DNA of 64,000 bases, from the NCBI GenBank assembly GCA_016845785.1, contig JAERSH010000049.1, forward strand, positions 40,140-104,139, in the 5' to 3' direction. Shown in pieces: positions 57,245 through 64,000 of the stretch. Below the pieces are notes generated by a model, which was not told the DNA's origin, searched no databases, and worked only from the letters and a program-made list of their open reading frames with translations. Made by a program: the position numbers and the translations under genes. Within the stretch, counting starts at the first letter, position 1, and the number at the start of each line of letters is the position of its first letter. The DNA comes from Fidelibacterota bacterium. GTDB taxonomy: Bacteria > Fidelibacterota > Marinisomatia > Marinisomatales > TCS55.

Positions 57245-57438
57245 TCCCTAGAAAAATTTTACTTACAATTTGGGTGGCATTGGCTTGCACTGTACCTTGG
57301 TGGTTTTTTGATGAAAGTACCCGATGGTTTGGTCTTCCCGCATGGGTCACGTATGCCATTTTATCTGCCATCATATATTCCTGTATGCTCGGTTTGGTCA
57401 TTCAAAAATATTGGCAACCAGAAGAAGATGCAGACTGA
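57241..57438 (+). CDS. Small 2-TM membrane protein preceding an SSS transporter (DUF3311-like arrangement)
   Basis: 65 aa with two hydrophobic helices. It overlaps the downstream SSS gene by 11 nt, the arrangement typical of small accessory subunits of SSS transporters. Confidence 0.5.
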   Translation: MIPRKILLTIWVALACTVPWWFFDESTRWFGLPAWVTYAILSAIIYSCMLGLVIQKYWQPEEDAD

Positions 57439-58897
57439 TTCAGCCCTCCTTGGTCCCGGCGGTATTGCCTTTTTGGGCGCTTATGTCCTTTCCTTAATTT
57501 TAATTGGATGGTTGGGACGAAGGGCAAGGACAGAAAACTCGTTATCCGATTTTTATTTGGCTGGAAGAGGGATGAGTTTTCTTGTGTTGTTTCTCACCCT
57601 TTATGCCACACAGTATAGCGGTAATACATTGGTTGGGTTTGCCGGTCGCGCCTATCGAGAAGGGTTTCATGCTTTGGTTTTAGTCACGCTCCTTTCTGGT
57701 GCGGTGGGGGCATTCATTCTATATGCACCCAAATTATATAGATTGTCGAAACAGTTTAATTTTATTACGCCAGCAGATTTCATTCATCACCGCTTCAACA
57801 ACAATAGGCTTACCTTTTTTGCCGCATCCCTCTGTCTCATGGCTTTGGCCAATTATGTGCTCACCAACTTGAAGGCCATTGGATATATAGTTGTGGCCGT
57901 GACCGGTGGTGCCATACCCTTCGCTTATGGCGTCATTGCCTTATCTTTGGTCATGGTTATTTATGAAACGCTGGGCGGTATGCGTAGTGTGGCGTGGACC
58001 GATGCCCTTCAAGGGTCAATTCTTATGGTAGGCGTCTTGACGATTTTTATTACGATTCAGGGCGAGTATGGCGGATTTGCTTTTATTTATGATCAAATTC
58101 AAACTGCTGATCCATCCAAATTAATTCCACCCACCTTCTCACAAAAATTGACCTGGTTCAGTACGGTGTGTTTGGGTTTCTTCGGTATTTCACTATATCC
58201 CCATGCTGTCCAGAGAATCTATTCGGCACGGAATGAGGGAACGTTGAGACGATCCATTCAAGTCATGGCCTTTATGCCCCTAGTGACCACCTTGTTTATG
58301 GTGGTGGTTGGCCTCACAGCGCTGGCATTGTTTCCCGGATTGGATCGACAAGCCAGTGAGGGTGCAACCCTACTTGTGCTTAAAGATTTATCCGCACGGG
58401 GCGCCATCGGTACAGGCGTGATGGTGTTGTTTTTATCCGCCACCATCGCCGCCATTATGTCTACTGTCGATTCGGCCCTTTTGTCTATGTCGTCCATTAT
58501 TACTAAAGATTTTTATGCGCGCATAAAGCCCGATTCTAGCCAAGCCTATTTAACCAAACTCGGGAAGACAATCTCTTGGGGAATTATGGCTTTATCGGTT
58601 TACTTGGCCATCGCACTGCCCCAAACCATTTGGCGCCTTTTGGAGATTAAGCTCGAACTGTTGATCCAAATAGCGCCTGCATTTTTCTTGGGACTTTATT
58701 TCAAACAAATCAAATCTGCTTCTATTTTTTCCGGCATGGTGGTCGGAACTGTATTTGCTGTAGGTATCATGGTGGCCAATAAGTTAGGTGTGGATATCCC
58801 GGCAAAACCGTGGGGTATTCATGCAGGTGTATGGGGGCTAGCATTAAATATGGCAACTATTTTTATTGCAGAAAAATTGAAAAAGGATAAATCATGA
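57428..58897 (+). CDS. Sodium:solute symporter (SSS) family transporter
   Basis: Start taken at ATG 57428 ([15 protein letters not shown]...). The track start at 57308 lies inside the preceding small gene. Has SDFYLAGRGMS and multiple TM helices. Confidence 0.85.
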   Translation: MQTDSALLGPGGIAFLGAYVLSLILIGWLGRRARTENSLSDFYLAGRGMSFLVLFLTLYATQYSGNTLVGFAGRAYREGFHALVLVTLLSGAVGAFILYAPKLYRLSKQFNFITPADFIHHRFNNNRLTFFAASLCLMALANYVLTNLKAIGYIVVAVTGGAIPFAYGVIALSLVMVIYETLGGMRSVAWTDALQGSILMVGVLTIFITIQGEYGGFAFIYDQIQTADPSKLIPPTFSQKLTWFSTVCLGFFGISLYPHAVQRIYSARNEGTLRRSIQVMAFMPLVTTLFMVVVGLTALALFPGLDRQASEGATLLVLKDLSARGAIGTGVMVLFLSATIAAIMSTVDSALLSMSSIITKDFYARIKPDSSQAYLTKLGKTISWGIMALSVYLAIALPQTIWRLLEIKLELLIQIAPAFFLGLYFKQIKSASIFSGMVVGTVFAVGIMVANKLGVDIPAKPWGIHAGVWGLALNMATIFIAEKLKKDKS

Positions 58898-60051
58898 ATA
58901 AAAGGATCCAAAACATTCTCGTATTATGGCTATTGGTTTCTATCTCTTTTGCCCAACATTATTATCCCCCTTATGGGGAGTGGGAAAGAAAACAGCCTTC
59001 TGAGGTGGGTATGAGTGCATCCAGACTGAATCGGGCAATACAGTTTGCAATTAAAAGTGAAAGCGGTGATTCAAGAGTTTTGTCAGAATATATAGCATCT
59101 GGCCTTGCCAAAGAGCCCCATGGTGAAATTGTTGGTCCCACAAAACCGCGAGGCGATATGACGGGGGTTGTTGTTAAAAATGGATATATTGTAGCCGAGT
59201 GGGGAGAGATTGACCGGGTGGATATGACATTCAGCATATCCAAAACTTATTTATCAACCGTTGTTGGCCTTGCGCATGACAAGGGAAAAATCCGCAACAT
59301 CCACGATCAAGTCGGGATCTATATGCCCACAGATCATTTTGAAGGCGATCATAACAGCAAGATTACTTGGGATCACCTCCTCCGCCAAACCAGTCATTGG
59401 CAGGGTACGTTGTGGGACAAGCCGGATTGGGCTGACCGTCCGCCAAAAAATATGCCTTGGCCCGAACTGCAAAAACAACCTGTCCATGCGCCGGGTACAT
59501 ATTGGAAATATAATGATGTGCGGGTGAATCTCCTGGCCCTTGCGGCACTTCATGTTTGGCGAAAGCCGTTACCCCAAGTTTTGAAAAAATATATTATGGA
59601 TCCTATTGGTGCTTCAAACACATGGCGATGGCATGGTTACAAAAATTCATGGGTGCTCATGGATGGGCAAATGGTTCAATCCGTAAGCGGTGGCGGTCAC
59701 TGGGGCGGTGGCATGTGGATTAGCGCAATGGATCATGCGCGATTTGGCTATCTTTACCTCCGGGGTGGAAATTGGAGCGGAAAACAGTTGGTCTCTAAAA
59801 ATTGGATCAACATGGCCAGAACGCCCACTACTGTCCATAATGGGTATGGATACATGAATTGGTTTTTAAATTCAACCAGAGATGGAAGCCAAAAGGCCAT
59901 CCCATCTGCACCAGAAACGGCTGTTACCTTTCGTGGGGCAGGGTCGAACATCATTTATATAGATTGGGAAAACGACTTGGTGGCGGTAGTCCGATGGATC
60001 GATCGCCGCCATTTTAACGAATTCATTGAACGGCTTCTTTTGGCCTTATAA
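58894..60051 (+). CDS. Secreted serine hydrolase of the beta-lactamase/transpeptidase-like fold
   Basis: 385 aa with signal peptide ...ISFA|Q and S-x-x-K motif (FSISKTYLSTVVG). Confidence 0.72.
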   Translation: MNKRIQNILVLWLLVSISFAQHYYPPYGEWERKQPSEVGMSASRLNRAIQFAIKSESGDSRVLSEYIASGLAKEPHGEIVGPTKPRGDMTGVVVKNGYIVAEWGEIDRVDMTFSISKTYLSTVVGLAHDKGKIRNIHDQVGIYMPTDHFEGDHNSKITWDHLLRQTSHWQGTLWDKPDWADRPPKNMPWPELQKQPVHAPGTYWKYNDVRVNLLALAALHVWRKPLPQVLKKYIMDPIGASNTWRWHGYKNSWVLMDGQMVQSVSGGGHWGGGMWISAMDHARFGYLYLRGGNWSGKQLVSKNWINMARTPTTVHNGYGYMNWFLNSTRDGSQKAIPSAPETAVTFRGAGSNIIYIDWENDLVAVVRWIDRRHFNEFIERLLLAL

Positions 60052-60054
60052 TTC

Positions 60055-60954
60055 ATGCGTCTTTCGGGGCTATTTCATCTGGGAGTGGTGTACCTCCTTT
60101 GGGGCAGCACCTACTTGGGAATAAGGATTGCTGTTCAAGAGGGTTCTGGATTCCCGCCTATGATTATGTCAGCCACCCGTGTGTTCGCCGGCAGCTTAAT
60201 TCTGTATGCCCTTGCGCGGATTGTGAAAAAACAATCGTTTAACCTCACCAAAAAAGAGTGGACTATATTGGCTGTTTCGGGGCTCGCCCTATGGTGGGGC
60301 GGGAACGGTTTAGTTGCTATTGCAGAAGTGACCGTACCCTCCGGCTATGCAGCATTGATCATTGCCTGCACCCCAATTTGGGTGGCTATCATCGAATCTG
60401 TCTTGGATAAAAAACGGCCATCCTTTTTATTGGTCTTATCTCTATTGATTGGTGTCACAGGAATTGCAGTCTTGAATTGGCCAGCCATCCAATCCGGACA
60501 TATGGATGATCTTTTTGGCGGATTTTTGCTGATTGTCGCAGGATTAAGTTGGGGCGCCGGTTCAATTTATCAAAAAAGAATGGATGTTCAATCTTCCCCG
60601 GAAGTCAGCTCTGCTGTTCAACAATTTTCTGGTGGTATCGCCTTGTTGATTACATCGTTTGTTTTGCAAGAGCCCTCGATGAACCCGGCGCCATCTGCGT
60701 GGTGGGCCTGGGGATATTTAATAGTATTTGGGTCCGTCATTGCATTTACCTCTTTTGTGAAAGCATTAAAACTTCTCCCACCCAATATTGTATTCACTTA
60801 CGCTTATGTTAATCCTATAGTAGCGGTGCTTCTTGGGTTTTTTATTTTAGGCGAACCAATCACACAATGGACGCTCGCCGGTGCCGGCCTCGTTATTCTT
60901 GGTGTCTTGGGCGTATTTAAAGAACAAAAGAATGGTATACTTCTATCTGATTAA
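60055..60954 (+). CDS. EamA/DMT-superfamily transporter
   Basis: 299 aa with about 10 TM helices arranged as two EamA halves. Confidence 0.8.
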   Translation: MRLSGLFHLGVVYLLWGSTYLGIRIAVQEGSGFPPMIMSATRVFAGSLILYALARIVKKQSFNLTKKEWTILAVSGLALWWGGNGLVAIAEVTVPSGYAALIIACTPIWVAIIESVLDKKRPSFLLVLSLLIGVTGIAVLNWPAIQSGHMDDLFGGFLLIVAGLSWGAGSIYQKRMDVQSSPEVSSAVQQFSGGIALLITSFVLQEPSMNPAPSAWWAWGYLIVFGSVIAFTSFVKALKLLPPNIVFTYAYVNPIVAVLLGFFILGEPITQWTLAGAGLVILGVLGVFKEQKNGILLSD

Positions 60955-61035
60955 ATTCAATGACAACAATAGACAGTGTTTTGCGTCTGTATAAAAAACA
61001 ATTCCAAATATTTTAACTAAAGCCCTATACCTATT

Positions 61036-63957
61036 ATGAAAAAAACAGTTTTGATTCTCTTTAGTCTAATTACCACCATCTCGGCTCAAAGCACTTGGGC
61101 CTATTCCAATCGGGTGCATCCTGAGTTAAAATGGGAAACCATATCAACGAAACATTTTAATGTCCACTATCATCAGGGCATCGAAGATATTGCTGAGCGG
61201 GGGGCGATTCTTGCTGAACATTACCGCCCAACTTTGTTGGCTCAAATGGATGTGGATACTATTCCGCGGATCGACATCATTTTTACCACCGAAGATGAAA
61301 TTATGAACGGTTTTGCCACATGGATGTATAACACTTTTATTTGGGTGGACCAAAATGATGCGTCCATTTGGCTGGAGAAAGACAAATGGCTTGAGCAAGT
61401 ATTGGCCCACGAACTTCAGCATATTGTCCTTTTACATAAGACTCGGTCCTGGTTTCCAGATCCTTTGGGTCGATTGTTTTCAGGGCTCCCTGGTTGGGCT
61501 GTAGAAGGGACAGCTGAATATGAAACAGAAAGCTGGCGTCCTTATCGTGCGGACCTTTCGCACAAGGAACATGTGCTCAAAAACAATATGAACACCATGG
61601 ATCCGCACCATGACGGTTTTTCAAAAATGCTCTACTGGGCGGATCGTTTTGGTGATTCGACCATCACTCAAACCTTTGCCTATCGTAACAATCTAAAATT
61701 GTTCTCATTCGGTACAGGGTTTAAAAAAGCCACGGGAATTTCTGTCTCCCAATTTAATGAAGATTGGCGCCGACATATGAATACCTATTATTATGGGTAT
61801 CGTGCCCAAAAAGAAACCTATAAAGAAATTGGGGATGTTTTTACCCTGCCCATTAAGAAAATGCAGTCCTTTACTTTTTATCCAGACAGCAGCCAAATCG
61901 CCTTGCTGGGGTTGTTGGATAAAGACCAGCAAGATGTCTCCCTCATTATTGCCAAGCGGGATACAACCAAAGAGCGTGAGGATTTTGAAAACTGGAAAGA
62001 CCAGATGGACAAGCTGAAGGAAAAAGAAAAGAAGACCAAAAAGGATTCTCTGGCTTTAGAAAAACCTTACAAAGAAAAAGTAATCTGGAAAAAAGACGAG
62101 GTGGATTTTGGGCGTTTTCATAAAAATATGAGCTGGTCTAATGATCGAAAAAAACTCGCCTATTCAAAGTATCATTATGGTAAAAATCAATCCATGGTCT
62201 ATGATATAAAAATATATGATACTGAAACAGAAGAACACCGCTGGTTAACTAAATCACAACGGGCGACCTATCCGGTTTGGATTGATTCCAAAACGATCGC
62301 TTTTGTTGCCCACCATAAAAATGTGTCCAATATATTTACAATAAATATTCATGATGGTTCACCAGAGCTTTTAACCGATTTCACCGATAATACCCAAATT
62401 GCTTTTCTATCGGTCTCTCCTGATAGTGGCTCTATCGCCTTTGCCATGAACCCTAAAAATGGCAACTTAGATATTTATACGCTAGACCTTCAGTCGAATA
62501 ATATGGAGAGGTTAACGACAGATCCTATGGCTGACATCACTCCCGTATGGCATCCGAATGGGTCGTCAATTTCATATACATCTAATACCAACGGTGTTCC
62601 CAACATTCATACGGTCGATTTGAAAACGAGAACGATTACCACTAACACAGATGCAGGCGATGGCATTTGGACTGAACAATGGATGCCAAACGATTCGCTT
62701 CTTTTGGCTTCATCCTTGGGCGATGTGGATTCGGTTCGACTGATTAAAGTGAACCCCTTCCGCACACCAGATACAAAGCCCCTTTCATTTAGAGACAACT
62801 ACACCTCATGGTTAAGCGCCGGTCCGGATGTGTCTTTTGTGAATGAAGAGCCAGACTCAATTCCTAAAATATCCGACCCGGAAAAATATAAATTCACCAA
62901 CCATATGCGCCCTTTCATTACGATGGTTTTACCCACACCAACACCCTTTGGCATGTTTTCATGGATCGATGCCATGGGAAGAAATATTTTTATGACATTG
63001 GGTTATATTAATCCAAGCAATATTGATGATAGCGGATTTATGATTGACTATACTACAGCAGGGTTTGGGCCCATGTGGTCCATCGTTTTGTCTAGAAATA
63101 TTGATGGCGCATATCGTAGATATCATAAAGCACATATGATTGATATGAAAAACGGGATATCGTTTTCTATGAGTCATCCTATGAATTTTGGAGAATCTCA
63201 ATCGTCTAACCATACCATTTCTTTGTCGACTACGTTTATATCCCACGACATAACGGTTGGAACCGAAACAGATAAAAAGACTGGGGAGTTGATTCCCATG
63301 GATACATCCAAATTTGTGAATTTGCCCAAACCTGAAAGTGGAAAAGAGGGGTTGATTTCAATTGCTTATACTTGGACAAACAAACGGCCGCATCGCGGGA
63401 ATGCCCTCCATCCCACTCAAGGGTTTGGTTTTCAATCACAGGTGGATTATGCCAACAAATCGCTTTTTGGTTCTTTTGATTACACTAGAATCATGGCCGA
63501 TATGTATGCAAACCTACCCGTTGGAAAGTCTGCGCTTTTTTTCCGAATAAAAACGATGATGTATTCTGGGCGCCCTCCAGCTCAAGATTACTTAGGCCTA
63601 ACAGATGATCAACCCATTTATATTAATGGAATTGGTCCAAGTGTCTTTTTACCAGAAAACCACAATCCAAGAGGGTGGTCTGGTCATCGACTGGGCGACA
63701 AGTTAATTTTTGGATCTCTTGAATATCGATTGCCGATCATTCCAAAAACCCTTTCATTTAATTTCGTGTCTGATTTTGGTAATGCTTGGTCATCAAACAA
63801 TGATAAAGAGGATATGGTCATAACGGGCGGATATGAATTGCGTTTTGGAATGGGTCCACTGGTCATATCTGGTGGAGAAGCACAAACCATTAATGATTGG
63901 AAAGATAAGAAAAAGCCGCTACAATATTTTCGTCTTGCGCTGACCAATCCATTTTAA
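61036..63957 (+). CDS. Secreted 973-aa multidomain protein: gluzincin-like HExxH domain + PD40/TolB-like beta-propeller + C-terminal beta-barrel-like region
   Basis: Signal peptide ...TTISA|Q. HELQH (61408-61422) is followed ~28 aa later by WAVEGTAEYE, a gluzincin third-ligand context. The middle region has PD40-like repeats (SWSNDRKKLAYS, SVSPDSGSIAFA, TPVWHPNGSSISYTS). The C-terminal ~350 aa is rich in alternating aromatic/Gly strands and ends ...YFRLALTNPF. Confidence 0.6.
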   Translation: MKKTVLILFSLITTISAQSTWAYSNRVHPELKWETISTKHFNVHYHQGIEDIAERGAILAEHYRPTLLAQMDVDTIPRIDIIFTTEDEIMNGFATWMYNTFIWVDQNDASIWLEKDKWLEQVLAHELQHIVLLHKTRSWFPDPLGRLFSGLPGWAVEGTAEYETESWRPYRADLSHKEHVLKNNMNTMDPHHDGFSKMLYWADRFGDSTITQTFAYRNNLKLFSFGTGFKKATGISVSQFNEDWRRHMNTYYYGYRAQKETYKEIGDVFTLPIKKMQSFTFYPDSSQIALLGLLDKDQQDVSLIIAKRDTTKEREDFENWKDQMDKLKEKEKKTKKDSLALEKPYKEKVIWKKDEVDFGRFHKNMSWSNDRKKLAYSKYHYGKNQSMVYDIKIYDTETEEHRWLTKSQRATYPVWIDSKTIAFVAHHKNVSNIFTINIHDGSPELLTDFTDNTQIAFLSVSPDSGSIAFAMNPKNGNLDIYTLDLQSNNMERLTTDPMADITPVWHPNGSSISYTSNTNGVPNIHTVDLKTRTITTNTDAGDGIWTEQWMPNDSLLLASSLGDVDSVRLIKVNPFRTPDTKPLSFRDNYTSWLSAGPDVSFVNEEPDSIPKISDPEKYKFTNHMRPFITMVLPTPTPFGMFSWIDAMGRNIFMTLGYINPSNIDDSGFMIDYTTAGFGPMWSIVLSRNIDGAYRRYHKAHMIDMKNGISFSMSHPMNFGESQSSNHTISLSTTFISHDITVGTETDKKTGELIPMDTSKFVNLPKPESGKEGLISIAYTWTNKRPHRGNALHPTQGFGFQSQVDYANKSLFGSFDYTRIMADMYANLPVGKSALFFRIKTMMYSGRPPAQDYLGLTDDQPIYINGIGPSVFLPENHNPRGWSGHRLGDKLIFGSLEYRLPIIPKTLSFNFVSDFGNAWSSNNDKEDMVITGGYELRFGMGPLVISGGEAQTINDWKDKKKPLQYFRLALTNPF

Positions 63958-64000
63958 TTGAAAATATTTTTCCTTTTGGCAAATTGCCACTTTCACTGAA

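Noticed and set aside
1-64000. Mobile genetic element, prophage or defence island.
   Set aside because: No integrase, transposase, recombinase, phage structural, toxin-antitoxin, restriction-modification or known defence-system signatures were recognised. The tRNA-Gln is flanked by housekeeping genes with no direct repeat of its 3' end in the window. By eye, no abrupt compositional break.

Overview
This is a gene-dense 64-kb chromosomal segment from a moderately AT-rich diderm bacterium, with about 57 CDS and one tRNA. I saw no rRNA, CRISPR array, transposase, integrase or phage genes. All calls come from reading the six-frame translations and the raw sequence by eye; no database search was possible.

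Layout:
- 1-10.1 kb, minus strand, housekeeping: prs (partial), tRNA-Gln, ispE, ispF, ispD, queA, ruvB, a long transketolase-family gene, uvrA.
- 10.2-21.7 kb, mostly plus strand: yqgE/algH-like, a lipoprotein serpin, DMT and MFS transporters, a FabL-like SDR divergent from fabA, ychF, and a 1215-aa double-module CRTAC1 (FG-GAP/UnbV) lipoprotein.
- 21.7-31.1 kb, minus strand: five secreted proteins, namely a five-domain cytochrome c, an octahaem cytochrome with TPR repeats, two paralogous Big_2+LVIVD beta-propellers, and a YVTN propeller with a Met/His-rich insert.
- 31.3-39.3 kb, minus strand: a LolA-like protein, two FtsX permeases, an ABC ATPase, two putative outer-membrane proteins, an EEP-family nuclease/phosphatase and a threonine-synthase-like enzyme.
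- 39.4-64 kb: exported peptidases (M24, M20, S10), small exported proteins of unknown function, a TAT-exported Gfo/Idh/MocA + TIM-barrel + FGE-like + nitroreductase block, an NPP phosphodiesterase, two SSS transporters, hydrolases, and a 973-aa HExxH + PD40-propeller + beta-barrel protein.

Main second-look items:
1. The cytochrome/propeller cluster at 21745-31077 may be an uncharacterised extracytoplasmic redox module.
2. An ArsC gene has an in-frame TGA exactly at the catalytic Cys codon, making it a candidate selenoprotein that the ORF track misses.
3. A family of about 110-120-bp multi-hairpin palindromic intergenic elements occurs three times.
4. Signal peptides across the window are followed by Gln at the predicted cleavage site.
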